Shown here piece after piece: positions 1 to 9,667 of a DNA stretch of 64,000 nt. The position numbers and the translations under genes are program-made. Where the stretch lies: IMG/VR virus record IMGVR_UViG_3300007597_000002, one strand, 5' to 3'. The notes under the pieces are model-generated. The model searched no databases. It was not told the origin of the DNA and worked only from the letters and a program-made list of their open reading frames with translations. Positions within the stretch are counted from its first letter, which is position 1, and each line of letters opens with the position of its first letter. The stretch is from an uncultured virus (IMG/VR IMGVR_UViG_3300007597_000002). Its lineage: Duplodnaviria; Heunggongvirae; Uroviricota; Caudoviricetes.

Positions 1-2
1 CA

Positions 3-1076
3 CCACAAGGTGTTGAAGTTATAAAGAACATCGAAGAATACTATCTTTATAACGACAAGGGTATTACTGAAAGTACTACTCAGGGTATTAAGTTATCCTT
101 AGATTCAGTAGTCTATGTACCATCAGGTTACTTAGATTCAAATACTGGAATGATGATGTCTTATTTACATAAGGCAATCAAACCAGTAAATCAGTTAAAG
201 ATGATTGAGGATTCTCTAGTCATCTATCGTATTAGTCGTGCACCTGAACGCAGAATTTTTTACATTGATGTAGGTAACTTACCTAAAGTAAAAGCTGAAC
301 AATATGTTCAGGACATCATGAATAAATTCCGTAACAAGATTGTGTATGATGCCACTACTGGCGAAACTCGTGATGATAGAAAACATCTTTCAATGATGGA
401 AGATTTCTGGATGCCTCGTCGTGAAGGTGGTAAGGGTACTGAAATTACTACACTTCCAGGTGGTCAGAATCTTGGTGAGATTCAAGACATTGAGTATTTC
501 CAAAATAAATTATTCCATGCTTTAAATGTTCCAATTGGTCGTTTACAGGAACAAGCAGGATTTAGTATTGGACGAGCAACTGAGATCTCTCGTGACGAGA
601 TTAAGTTTCATAAATTTGTTGGTCGTCTTCGTAAGAAGTTTTCTAATATATTTACTGATGCATTATATGTTCAGTTAGTAGCTAAAAATATTATTCGTCC
701 CGATGAATGGGAAGATTTAAAACATGAAATTAGATATGACTACATCGAAGACAATCATTATTCTGAATTAAAAGATAATGAAATTCTTAATGCTAGACTC
801 GCCACTCTACAATTAGTAGAACCATACATCGGTAAGTTTTATTCTATGGACTGGATTCGTAAAAATATTCTTCAGATGAATGAACAAGAAATGGAAGAGA
901 TGAGCAAACAGATGGAATCAGATGGTGAGATTCAGATGCAGCATGCTGAGATGGATGGAACTGTTGCAGCTGCGGCACAAGCAGCACAGCAGAACTTTTT
1001 ACAGGCAAATGCACCACAAGCAGATGAAGCACCAACTGACCAAGGTAAACAAGATAATCAAGGAGTGAATAAATGA
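3..1076 (+). CDS. gp20: Portal vertex protein, T4 gp20-like (5'-truncated by the window edge)
   Basis: Frame is open from position 3; motifs YRISRAPERRIFYIDVGNLPK and EDFWMPRREGGKGTEITTLPGG. Confidence 0.97.
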   Translation, partial: PQGVEVIKNIEEYYLYNDKGITESTTQGIKLSLDSVVYVPSGYLDSNTGMMMSYLHKAIKPVNQLKMIEDSLVIYRISRAPERRIFYIDVGNLPKVKAEQYVQDIMNKFRNKIVYDATTGETRDDRKHLSMMEDFWMPRREGGKGTEITTLPGGQNLGEIQDIEYFQNKLFHALNVPIGRLQEQAGFSIGRATEISRDEIKFHKFVGRLRKKFSNIFTDALYVQLVAKNIIRPDEWEDLKHEIRYDYIEDNHYSELKDNEILNARLATLQLVEPYIGKFYSMDWIRKNILQMNEQEMEEMSKQMESDGEIQMQHAEMDGTVAAAAQAAQQNFLQANAPQADEAPTDQGKQDNQGVNK

Positions 1077-1276
1077 GTGAAACAGTGAAAAATTTAGTAG
1101 ATGCGATTCAAGCCAAAGATGCAATTGGAACAGAGGCTGCATTTCAAGCAGCAATGGCAGAAAAGATTTCTGCTAGATTAGACAGTATGCGTCAAGACGT
1201 TGCACAGAGTATGTTTAAAACTCAAGAGGTAGAAGTATCTACTGAAGAGCCAAACGCAGAAACAGAAGTAGAATAA
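1073..1276 (+). CDS. Small acidic prohead core protein (gp67-like)
   Basis: Small acidic ORF directly after gp20, the syntenic position of gp67. Confidence 0.6.
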   Translation: MSETVKNLVDAIQAKDAIGTEAAFQAAMAEKISARLDSMRQDVAQSMFKTQEVEVSTEEPNAETEVE

Positions 1277-1821
1277 TGCGTTACTACCAATTAACAAAAT
1301 CTTTAAAGAGATCTGATGTTGTCGAAAGCATCAGATCTTACTCACATCTGATTGAAAGAACATCAGAAAATAAGATTTTGATTAATGGCGTAGAGTCAAA
1401 GTATAAAAGTTTGGAAGAAGCAAAAGATTTTATCAAACAAGAATATATCTCGCAAAAATTAGAAGAACAAGTATCAAAAGAATCATACGACGAATTATCA
1501 GACGAAAAAGTCGCTAGTATTATCAAAGAATACCATGATGTAAAAGTTACAGATACGTTAATAGAAACATATATTAAACTTGCTTCTTCCAACATTTTTA
1601 ACGTAGACCCTGTTGTTCAGAATATTCGTTCTTTGAATAAACTTGACAGAATCGTTGAAGGTAAATTACACTACGTGCTTGCTGATGAAACTATTGTTGC
1701 AATTAATCAGCAAACGCAAGATCACCTAAATAAGTTATTAGGTAATCAACCAGAGATTATCGAGTACATGCGAGAGTCAAAAGAGAACTTCTGTCATGTG
1801 CTTGAACAAATAGAGGAATAA
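1276..1821 (+). CDS. Hypothetical protein in head module
   Basis: 181-aa ORF coupled to neighbours (TAATG). Confidence 0.6.
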   Translation: MRYYQLTKSLKRSDVVESIRSYSHLIERTSENKILINGVESKYKSLEEAKDFIKQEYISQKLEEQVSKESYDELSDEKVASIIKEYHDVKVTDTLIETYIKLASSNIFNVDPVVQNIRSLNKLDRIVEGKLHYVLADETIVAINQQTQDHLNKLLGNQPEIIEYMRESKENFCHVLEQIEE

Positions 1822-1824
1822 CAA

Positions 1825-2283
1825 ATGGCTGTCACCAAGACTATTTTAAAGAACACTAATTTAGAGACTGTTGTCAAAATTAGTGGTACTGCAGCATCTG
1901 CTACTATTAGTTTAGCAACTGATTGTTTAGCATCTACACAAGCACTTTCTGGTGGAACACAGACTGTTGACATCATTACTTCTCAAGTAACTGGTCTATT
2001 AAATTCTAGTATTACTGTTGTAAGAAACTCACTTCCTGTGTTAGCATTTGCACCAGAACACAATGGTTTGTTTAACTTTGAAGGTAATGGGTACAGAGAT
2101 ACTGTTGGAAATACATCTGATATCGTAGTAACAATCGGAGGTGCAGAAGCCCACATTTATCTCACACTTCGTAAAGTTGGTGGATATGCTACTAAAGTTG
2201 AAGAAGCTACTTACGGTGCTTACGAAGATGTTACTCGTGTTGGTGCTTCTACCACAGCAAGTGGTTCTCCAGATAAGGTCTAA
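1825..2283 (+). CDS. Probable virion structural protein
   Basis: Thr/Gly/Ala-rich beta-type sequence, RBS GAGGA, located between gp20 and gp21. Confidence 0.55.
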   Translation: MAVTKTILKNTNLETVVKISGTAASATISLATDCLASTQALSGGTQTVDIITSQVTGLLNSSITVVRNSLPVLAFAPEHNGLFNFEGNGYRDTVGNTSDIVVTIGGAEAHIYLTLRKVGGYATKVEEATYGAYEDVTRVGASTTASGSPDKV

Positions 2284-2285
2284 CT

Positions 2286-2942
2286 ATGAAACTAATTAGA
2301 GAAGAAGTTCAAGACACTAAATTTATCGTTGAAGATAAAGGTCTTGGTAAACCAAAACAATACTTCATTGAAGGTATCTTCCTTCAATCAGAACTAGTAA
2401 ATCGTAATGGTCGTATGTACAAAGAAGGTACAATGGACAAAGAAGTTGGTCGCTATCTTAAAGAAGCCGTTGAAATGAATCGTGCTTATGGCGAACTTGG
2501 TCATCCAGATGGTCCAGGTATTAACCTTGATCGTGTATCACACATGATCACTTCACTACGTAAAGAAGGCACAAACTATATTGGTCGTGCTAAGATTTTA
2601 GAAACTCCAATGGGTAATATTGCACGTGGTCTATTAGATGGCGGTGCAAATCTTGGAGTATCAAGTAGAGCAATGGGTTCTCTCAAACAAAACAATGAGG
2701 GGGTTCAGGTAGTTCAAGATGACTTTATGTTGTCTACAGCTGCAGACATTGTAGCTGATCCATCTGCTCCTGACGCATACGTCAGAGGCATCATGGAGAA
2801 CAAAGAGTGGATATTTGTCGATGGAAAGTTTGTGGAACAACATATTGAAGAGGTTAAATCCTTTATTAAAAAGACTTCTTCTAGAAATCTAGAGGAAGCA
2901 AAGGTGCAGGCTTTCCAACGCTTTCTGAGTAAAATCAGATAA
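2286..2942 (+). CDS. gp21: Prohead core protease, gp21
   Basis: IEGIFLQ..NRNGRMY, GELGHP, GVSSRAMGS, DIVADPSAPDA motifs. Confidence 0.96.
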   Translation: MKLIREEVQDTKFIVEDKGLGKPKQYFIEGIFLQSELVNRNGRMYKEGTMDKEVGRYLKEAVEMNRAYGELGHPDGPGINLDRVSHMITSLRKEGTNYIGRAKILETPMGNIARGLLDGGANLGVSSRAMGSLKQNNEGVQVVQDDFMLSTAADIVADPSAPDAYVRGIMENKEWIFVDGKFVEQHIEEVKSFIKKTSSRNLEEAKVQAFQRFLSKIR

Positions 2943-2946
2943 ATAA

Positions 2947-2956
2947 TAAATAAATA
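2947..2956 (+). promoter_or_regulatory. T4-type late promoter (TAAATA) upstream of gp22
   Basis: ATAAATAAATA in the intergenic gap before the AGGAG RBS. Confidence 0.6.
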
Positions 2957-2984
2957 ACAGAACTATCCAGTTAGGAGAACATAG

Positions 2985-3983
2985 ATGTCAATCGAACAAA
3001 AAATCGCTGAAATTTTAGCTGAGTCTAAGAAACAGAAATTAGACGAAGCCAAGTTTGCAGGTACTGAAGGTGGCAGCAAATCCACTAAAGAAAATGCTGA
3101 AGCTGGCGACCAAGCTGTAATTCGTACAGGTAACCCAGTTCCAAATGGTGGTAACACACCAAACCCAGACAATGCACGTAACAACGTACAAGACGAAAAA
3201 GATGCAGAAGATGCACCTACTGGTAAAATGAATCCACACAATGGAGATCAAAAACCAGTTCGCCCAATGAAAGAAGACATTGATGCAATGTTGGGTGATG
3301 CAGAACTAACAGAAGAATTTAAAACCAAAGCAGCTACTATTTTTGAAGCAGCTGTATTGGCACGTGTCGCTGAAGAAGCTGCACGTATTCAAGAAGAATT
3401 CGAAGCGAAACTTGCTGAGCAAGTTGAGCAGAATACACAGGGAATTGTTGAACAAGTTGATGGATACCTCGGCTATATGGCTGAGCAGTGGATGGCACAA
3501 AATGAAATCGCCCTAGAGCAAGGCATGAAATCTGAAATTCTCGAAGGTTTCGTGAATGGTCTGAAAGGACTATTTGAAGAGCACTATATCGATATCCCAG
3601 AAGAGCGTTTCGATGTTCTTGGTGAGATGGAAAATAAAATTGCTGAATTAGAATCTAAAATTGACGAGCAAGTTGAAGCCAATATTGAGTTGACAAAAAC
3701 TCTAGCAGAAGCAAAACGTGCTGAAATCGTTGGTACAGTAAGCGAAGGTTTGACAGATACTGAGACTGAAAAGTTTCTTTCTCTAGCAAAAGAAATCGCT
3801 TTTGAAGATTCTGAATCATTCGAAACTAAACTAAAAACTATTCGTGAAAGTTATTTTACTGCCAAGCAGTTAACTGAAGTTAAATCAGTAGTAACTGATG
3901 CTCCAGTAGAAGTGTTAACAGAGTCAAAGGCGAAAGCAGTTGATCCTGTAATGGCACAATATCTATCCGCACTCAACAAATAA
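2985..3983 (+). CDS. gp22: Prohead scaffolding protein, gp22
   Basis: Acidic coiled coil; FKTKAATIFEAAV and LKGLFEEHYIDIPEE; located between gp21 and gp23. Confidence 0.93.
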   Translation: MSIEQKIAEILAESKKQKLDEAKFAGTEGGSKSTKENAEAGDQAVIRTGNPVPNGGNTPNPDNARNNVQDEKDAEDAPTGKMNPHNGDQKPVRPMKEDIDAMLGDAELTEEFKTKAATIFEAAVLARVAEEAARIQEEFEAKLAEQVEQNTQGIVEQVDGYLGYMAEQWMAQNEIALEQGMKSEILEGFVNGLKGLFEEHYIDIPEERFDVLGEMENKIAELESKIDEQVEANIELTKTLAEAKRAEIVGTVSEGLTDTETEKFLSLAKEIAFEDSESFETKLKTIRESYFTAKQLTEVKSVVTDAPVEVLTESKAKAVDPVMAQYLSALNK

Positions 3984-3999
3984 TAAAGGAAAACTAACT

Positions 4000-5289
4000 A
4001 TGTTAGACCGTAAACAATTAATGGAGAAATGGGCTCCAGTATTGAACCACGAAGGTTCAAGCCCAATCAAAGATAACTACCGTAAGGAAGTTACAGCAGT
4101 TCTTTTGGAAAACCAAGAACGTGAACAGTATAAGTACAATGAGCAAGTTGGCGCATTGAACGAAGCTGCTCCAACAAACAGCGTTGGTTCATATGGTGAC
4201 ACTGGCGGTATCGCTAAGTTTGATCCAGTATTGATCAGCTTGGTTCGTCGTGCAATGCCACAACTTATCGCTTATGATGTTGCTGGTGTTCAACCAATGA
4301 CTCAGCCAACTGGCTTGATCTTCGCAATGAAGTCACGTTACAGCACTCAAGGTGGTACTGAAGCGTTGTTCAACGAAGCAGATACTGACTTCTCTGGTAC
4401 TGGTGTTCACTCTGGTGCGTCAGTATTCGGTGGTGCTGACACTAATGGTACTGGTATGGCTACTTCTGCTGCAGAAGCCATGGGTACTTCTGGTGGTGGT
4501 ACTTTCGGTGAGATGGCATTCAGCATCGAAAAGACTTCTGTAACTGCAAAGACTCGTGCTTTGAAGGCAGAATACTCTATTGAACTAGCACAAGACTTGA
4601 AATCAGTTCATGGTCTTGACGCTGAAGGCGAATTGAGCAACATTCTTTCTACAGAAATTCTTGCTGAAATCAATCGTGAAGTTATCCGTACAATCTACAA
4701 CACTGCTAAACCAGGTGCTGCAGTTGGTACAGCTACTGCTGGTACTTTCGACTTGGACGTTGACTCTAATGGTCGTTGGTCTGTTGAAAAATTCAAAGGT
4801 CTAATGTTCCAAATCGAACGTGAAGCCAATGCTATCGGTCAACAAACTCGTCGTGGTCGTGCGAACTTCCTCATCACTTCTGCTGACGTAGCGTCTGCAT
4901 TGGCGATGGCTGGTGTTCTTGACTATTCTTCTGGTATCACTGGTAAGAACGCATTGAATGTAGATGACACTTCTACTACTTTCGCTGGTGTTCTAAACGG
5001 CAAGTACAAAGTGTATGTTGATCCATATACTTCAAACGTAAGCAACACTCAGTTCTTCGTTGCTGGTTACAAAGGCGCATCCGCTTTTGACGCTGGTTTG
5101 TTCTATTGCCCATACGTTCCACTACAGTTGGTTCGTGCGGTTGATCCAAGCAGCTTCCAACCAAAGATTGGCTTCAAGACTCGTTACGGTCTAGTTGCTA
5201 ACCCATTCGTTTCATTGGATGGTACTGGTGGTTTGACTGCAAACGAAAACTACTACTATCGTCGTGTACGTGTTACTAACTTGATGTAA
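4000..5289 (+). CDS. gp23: Major capsid protein, gp23
   Basis: KWAPVL, LVRRAMP, GVQPMTQPTGLIFAM, AKTRALKAEYSIELAQDLKSVHGLDAE, FQPKIGFKTRYG. Confidence 0.99.
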   Translation: MLDRKQLMEKWAPVLNHEGSSPIKDNYRKEVTAVLLENQEREQYKYNEQVGALNEAAPTNSVGSYGDTGGIAKFDPVLISLVRRAMPQLIAYDVAGVQPMTQPTGLIFAMKSRYSTQGGTEALFNEADTDFSGTGVHSGASVFGGADTNGTGMATSAAEAMGTSGGGTFGEMAFSIEKTSVTAKTRALKAEYSIELAQDLKSVHGLDAEGELSNILSTEILAEINREVIRTIYNTAKPGAAVGTATAGTFDLDVDSNGRWSVEKFKGLMFQIEREANAIGQQTRRGRANFLITSADVASALAMAGVLDYSSGITGKNALNVDDTSTTFAGVLNGKYKVYVDPYTSNVSNTQFFVAGYKGASAFDAGLFYCPYVPLQLVRAVDPSSFQPKIGFKTRYGLVANPFVSLDGTGGLTANENYYYRRVRVTNLM

Positions 5290-5329
5290 TCATCGAGTTG
5301 GCTACTAAGCCGACATAGAAGCGGTATTT

Positions 5330-5358
5330 AAAAGGGGGACTTCGGTTCCCCTTTTTTT
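5330..5358 (+). terminator. Rho-independent terminator after gp23
   Basis: AAAGGGGGAC-TTCG-GTTCCCCTTTTTTT. Confidence 0.9.
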
Positions 5359-5362
5359 CTTC

Positions 5363-5369
5363 CTAAATA
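5363..5369 (+). promoter_or_regulatory. Late promoter CTAAATA upstream of gp3
   Basis: TAAATA core just before the gp3 ATG. Confidence 0.55.
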
Positions 5370-5374
5370 ATTAT

Positions 5375-5896
5375 ATGCCAAATACATCTATACCTGCCAA
5401 TATCAATCCATTGTCTCCCAATGGGTTTAAGTTTGCTGTCAACAAAATACCTGATGTCACATTCTTTGCACAGAATGTAAACCTTCCAGGAATCACGTTG
5501 GGTGAACCTACATTTGCCACTCCATTCTCCACACAACCAGTTCCAGGTGATACTCTATCGTATGATCAATTAACCATTAACTTTATGGTTGATGAAAATA
5601 TGACTAATTATAGAATCATCTACAATTGGATTGTTGCTCTTGGTTTCCCAGAAAGTTATGATCAGTATGTTACTGGTCAGGCAGGGGACACTACTGCATA
5701 TGGTGAATTGGCAAAGAACTATTCTGATGCTGTTCTACAAATTTTAGACAGTTCAAATAATCCAATACAAAGTATCCAATTCTTTGATGTGTTTCCCACA
5801 ACACTTGAATCTCTTTCGTTTGCATCTACAAACGATGATGTGAATTACCTAGTTGGTTCTGCAACATTTAAATTCGGTTGGTATAGATTCTTGTAA
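5375..5896 (+). CDS. gp3: Tail completion / tube terminator protein, gp3-like
   Basis: NPLSPNGFKF, FFAQNVNLPGI, FMVDENMTNY, FPTTLESLSF. Confidence 0.85.
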   Translation: MPNTSIPANINPLSPNGFKFAVNKIPDVTFFAQNVNLPGITLGEPTFATPFSTQPVPGDTLSYDQLTINFMVDENMTNYRIIYNWIVALGFPESYDQYVTGQAGDTTAYGELAKNYSDAVLQILDSSNNPIQSIQFFDVFPTTLESLSFASTNDDVNYLVGSATFKFGWYRFL

Positions 5897-5903
5897 GACA
5901 AAT

Positions 5904-5932
5904 TTGATTTTTTTGTAATACTGCGATATAAT
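5904..5932 (+). promoter_or_regulatory. Sigma70-type promoter upstream of uvsY
   Basis: TTGATT-17bp-TATAAT. Confidence 0.7.
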
Positions 5933-5957
5933 GTGCAGTATATAACTTGAGGATATT

Positions 5958-6395
5958 ATGAATATAGAACAACTACAAGAGATGTGGGATGTTGATTGCC
6001 AAATAGATGATAACTATCTTGGTGAAACCACTACCGCTACCCCCAAACTTCACGCTAAGTATTTAAAATTACTTGTCAATGTCAAACTAAAACACACTAA
6101 GTTTAGTTCTGATTGTAACATTCTCCGTAAAAATAAATTTCGTTTGTATCGTGGTGAACTATCACGTGACGAATTAACACAACTTGGTTGGGAACAATGG
6201 CAGGGTGTTAAACCATTGAAGAATGAGATGGATGAATTTCTCTCAGGTGACACCGAACTAAATACTTTGAAGGTAAAGATAGATTATCTCGAAACGATGA
6301 TTTATTTTCTTGAGTCAGTCCTTGGTCAAATTAAAGCAAGAGACTGGCAAATTAAAACTGCTGTTGAATGGAAGAAGTTTCTTGCTGGGATGTGA
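5958..6395 (+). CDS. uvsY: Recombination mediator UvsY
   Basis: LQEMWDVDCQID, PKLHAKYL, IKARDWQIKTAVEWKKF. Confidence 0.92.
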   Translation: MNIEQLQEMWDVDCQIDDNYLGETTTATPKLHAKYLKLLVNVKLKHTKFSSDCNILRKNKFRLYRGELSRDELTQLGWEQWQGVKPLKNEMDEFLSGDTELNTLKVKIDYLETMIYFLESVLGQIKARDWQIKTAVEWKKFLAGM

Positions 6396-6397
6396 TA

Positions 6398-6961
6398 ATG
6401 AACTTTGTTAATATATTTCCTTCTATAATTGGGTATAATGTAGATAAGCAATTTACAGATAAAATTTTGCCATTTGCAAATGAATACCTTGCGCAAGAAA
6501 CTAGATTAACATATACCTGGAATTATAAAAACACATATGGTAATGATTATGCGATGCGAGATAATAATTTAAAATTTATAAAAAAACGCATATATGATAT
6601 GTGTTCTGAATATTTACAATCTCAACACAAAGTTGTGCCAAAGTCTATCGTTATAGAGTTATTTTTTAGTGAAATGGATGTTAATGATCATCATGATGAA
6701 CATTGTCATCCAAATTGTATTCTTTCTGGAATATTATATCTAAAAGTTCCTGATAATTCTGCTCCAATTATTTTTCATGATAGAAGTCCACACAGAGATT
6801 ATGTGTATATTAAAAATATAGATGACACTGTAGATTTAACAAAATATACAGTACCGCCAAAAGATGGGTTGATGTTAATATGGCCATCGTGGATGCAACA
6901 CCAAGTCCCTTTAAATAAGTCTAATAGTAGAATAACCTGCGTATTTAATGCAGTATGGTAA
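6398..6961 (+). CDS. 2OG-Fe(II) oxygenase-like protein (TIGR02466-like)
   Basis: HDEHCHPNCILSGILYL...WPSWMQHQV...RITCVFN. Confidence 0.8.
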   Translation: MNFVNIFPSIIGYNVDKQFTDKILPFANEYLAQETRLTYTWNYKNTYGNDYAMRDNNLKFIKKRIYDMCSEYLQSQHKVVPKSIVIELFFSEMDVNDHHDEHCHPNCILSGILYLKVPDNSAPIIFHDRSPHRDYVYIKNIDDTVDLTKYTVPPKDGLMLIWPSWMQHQVPLNKSNSRITCVFNAVW

Positions 6962-8445
6962 TGATTAAAATTGAAAAACTTGATGAAGTCTATGTTCGTG
7001 TCTTTTCTGATCCTAGCATTGAACAAGAATTAGTAGACTTCTTCACATACGAATATCCAGGTGCTAGATTTACACCACAATATCGAGCAAGATTGTGGGA
7101 TGGTAAAGTGCGTTTGTATGATGCAGTAAGAAAAACTCTTTATGTTGGTCTTGTTTCTTATGTACAAGAATTTGCCGAAAGGAATAATTATGAACTACAA
7201 TATGTCAAACCTGAACACTTCTTACAAAATGATATCGTATACAGTGACATTGAGCGATGGGTCGAAACACTCAATCCACAATCAAGAAACGAAGCGATCA
7301 CAGTCAGAGACTACCAGTGCGATGCTATCCATAAAGCAATTGCTAGTGACAGAGTACTACTCTTATCGCCGACTGCTTCAGGGAAATCGTTAATAATCTA
7401 TTCTATCTTACGATGGCATTTAGAAAATAATCGTAAGTGTATCATTATAGTTCCAACAACATCTCTTGTTGAGCAACTGTACACAGACTTTGAAGATTAC
7501 TCATCTGCAAATGGATGGGAAACAAAAGTTCATTGTCAAAAACTTTACAGCGGTTTCACTAAAGACTTTACCAAAGATGTTTTAGTAACAACTTGGCAAT
7601 CAGTCTATCTACAACCAAAATCTTGGTTCAAACAATTCGATGTTATCTTTGGTGATGAGGCTCACCAATTTAAAGCCAAATCTCTTACAGGGGTTATGGA
7701 AAAGATGGATACAGTCAAGTATCGTATTGGTACAACTGGAACACTTGACAATAAGAAAATTCATAAATTAGTTCTTGAAGGTGTCTTTGGTCCAATACAT
7801 AGAGTCACTACAACTAAAGCACTCATGGATTCTGGAAGGTTGTCTACCCTAAATATAATGTGTGTAATACTGAAGTACAATGAAGAGATTCGTAAAGGGC
7901 GAAAAAACAATACGTACCAAGAAGAAATGGATTGGCTTGTATCTTGTGAACCAAGAAATAAGTTTATCCGAAACTTGGCAGTAAATTCTAAAGGTAATAC
8001 GCTCGTTCTTTTTCAATACGTTGAAAAGCATGGCAAAGTCCTATACGAACTTATTAAAAATAAAGTGCATGATAAAAGAAAAGTTTTCTTTGTCTACGGT
8101 GGTACTGAAACCACTGATCGAGAAGCAATCCGTCATATTACAGAGGGGGAAAGTGACGCCATTATCATTGCTTCTTTTGGTACTTTTAGTACTGGAATTA
8201 ATATCCCATCATTGGAGAATGTAATTTTTGCGTCTCCATCTAAATCAAAGATTCGTAACCTGCAATCGATTGGTCGTGGGTTACGTTTAAAAGAAGGTAA
8301 GACTTCTTGTAATCTATTTGATCTTGCAGACGATCTTCATTGGAAGTCTTGGAAGAATCATACTTTAAATCATGCTGCAGAAAGATACAAAACGTATGCA
8401 GAAGAACAATTTAAAACAAAAATAGTAGAGGTAGACTTATGCTAA
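6961..8445 (+). CDS. uvsW: DNA helicase UvsW
   Basis: WDGKVRL, SPTASGKS, DEAH, GTTGT, LQSIGRGLR. Confidence 0.97.
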   Translation: MIKIEKLDEVYVRVFSDPSIEQELVDFFTYEYPGARFTPQYRARLWDGKVRLYDAVRKTLYVGLVSYVQEFAERNNYELQYVKPEHFLQNDIVYSDIERWVETLNPQSRNEAITVRDYQCDAIHKAIASDRVLLLSPTASGKSLIIYSILRWHLENNRKCIIIVPTTSLVEQLYTDFEDYSSANGWETKVHCQKLYSGFTKDFTKDVLVTTWQSVYLQPKSWFKQFDVIFGDEAHQFKAKSLTGVMEKMDTVKYRIGTTGTLDNKKIHKLVLEGVFGPIHRVTTTKALMDSGRLSTLNIMCVILKYNEEIRKGRKNNTYQEEMDWLVSCEPRNKFIRNLAVNSKGNTLVLFQYVEKHGKVLYELIKNKVHDKRKVFFVYGGTETTDREAIRHITEGESDAIIIASFGTFSTGINIPSLENVIFASPSKSKIRNLQSIGRGLRLKEGKTSCNLFDLADDLHWKSWKNHTLNHAAERYKTYAEEQFKTKIVEVDLC

Positions 8446-8891
8446 CAGACAAAGATGTCTATGTTGTTATAAAGTTAACCAATGGGGAACAGGTCATGGC
8501 TGTCCTCGAAGAAGAAGATGATAAGTATGTGCAACTTGGTAGTCCAATGACTATAAGAACTACACCAATAGTTGGTGAGGGGAGAGAACATATCACTGCG
8601 CATCCATATTGCCAATTCACAGATGATACATCTTTTTCTATAGAAAAGAAAAACGTAATGTTTATCAAACGTCTACACGAAATGATGATCCCTCATTATA
8701 GACGTATTGTTGCCCAACATAGCAATGATTGGCGAATCGAAAAGCCTGAACAGGAAGAACCATTTATTAGTTCTAGGGAAGCCAAGAAAAGAATCGCTAT
8801 GTTGGTAGGTATAGCTGGAGAAGAAGAGGAAGAAGTTGAAGATACTTCGATACCAAGTACTTACATAGATGGTAACGAGACTAAACATTAG
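8439..8891 (+). CDS. Conserved T4-like hypothetical protein (Sm-like fold likely)
   Basis: VIKLTNGEQVMA motif; position between uvsW and gp55. Confidence 0.65.
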   Translation: MLTDKDVYVVIKLTNGEQVMAVLEEEDDKYVQLGSPMTIRTTPIVGEGREHITAHPYCQFTDDTSFSIEKKNVMFIKRLHEMMIPHYRRIVAQHSNDWRIEKPEQEEPFISSREAKKRIAMLVGIAGEEEEEVEDTSIPSTYIDGNETKH

Positions 8892-8914
8892 TAGTCATCA
8901 ACCCTAACACAGTG

Positions 8915-8943
8915 ATTATGTCTCAAGTCAACTATAAAAGCAA
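8915..8943 (-). promoter_or_regulatory. Minus-strand sigma70-type promoter, divergent from gp55
   Basis: Reverse complement reads TTGCTT-17bp-CATAAT. Confidence 0.5.
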
Positions 8944-8967
8944 ATCTAAATTGTAATAAAAATATAT

Positions 8968-8996
8968 TTGTCTTTCTGTCATCGATGATGTATACT
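8968..8996 (+). promoter_or_regulatory. Sigma70-type promoter for gp55
   Basis: TTGTCT-17bp-TATACT. Confidence 0.75.
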
Positions 8997-9031
8997 ATGT
9001 GTAGTTTGAATTAAAGGATAAAAGAAATGCT

Positions 9032-9667
9032 ATGGCTCACTACGTAAACAACGCAGATTTTCTCGCAGCAATTGTTGAGATGCGACAAAAATATCAACAT
9101 GCAAAAGAAAACAATCTCCCAACACCCCAAGTAAGCAATTATATTGGTGAGTGCATTCTAAAGATAGCAACGCACTTATCATACAAACCTAACTTTCTAA
9201 ACTACTCTTATCGAGATGAAATGATCTCGGATGGTATAGAAAATTGTCTGCAATATATTAATAACTTTGATCCTGCAAAATCCAATAATCCTTTCGCATA
9301 TTTTACACAGATTATCTACTATGCATTTCTTCGTAGGATTGCCAAGGAAAAGAAACAGTCTTACATTAAAGGTAAGTTGATTCAGGACATGCCATTCGAG
9401 ATGTTCGAGTTACAAGAGCAAGATGAGACAGGTGAATTTAAGAATGCTTATTTAGATTTTATGCAGAACAATCATACCTTTGATGACTTTATCGATCGTA
9501 AGAAAGAAAAGGTTGCAAAGAGAAAAATGGAAAATACGTTGAACGCATTTATAGATGATGAGGTAAAAGATGGAACGATCGATACAGGATTGGATAGCGG
9601 AATTGAGCAAGGGAGTGAGCAGTCGCAAGTTTCCTTCGATTCGGAGACGCAGAAGCAAAGTAAATAA
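9032..9667 (+). CDS. gp55: Late-transcription sigma factor gp55
   Basis: HYVNNADF, YIGECILKIA, NYSYRDEMISDGIENCL, NPFAYFTQIIYYAFLRRIAKEKKQ. Confidence 0.97.
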   Translation: MAHYVNNADFLAAIVEMRQKYQHAKENNLPTPQVSNYIGECILKIATHLSYKPNFLNYSYRDEMISDGIENCLQYINNFDPAKSNNPFAYFTQIIYYAFLRRIAKEKKQSYIKGKLIQDMPFEMFELQEQDETGEFKNAYLDFMQNNHTFDDFIDRKKEKVAKRKMENTLNAFIDDEVKDGTIDTGLDSGIEQGSEQSQVSFDSETQKQSK

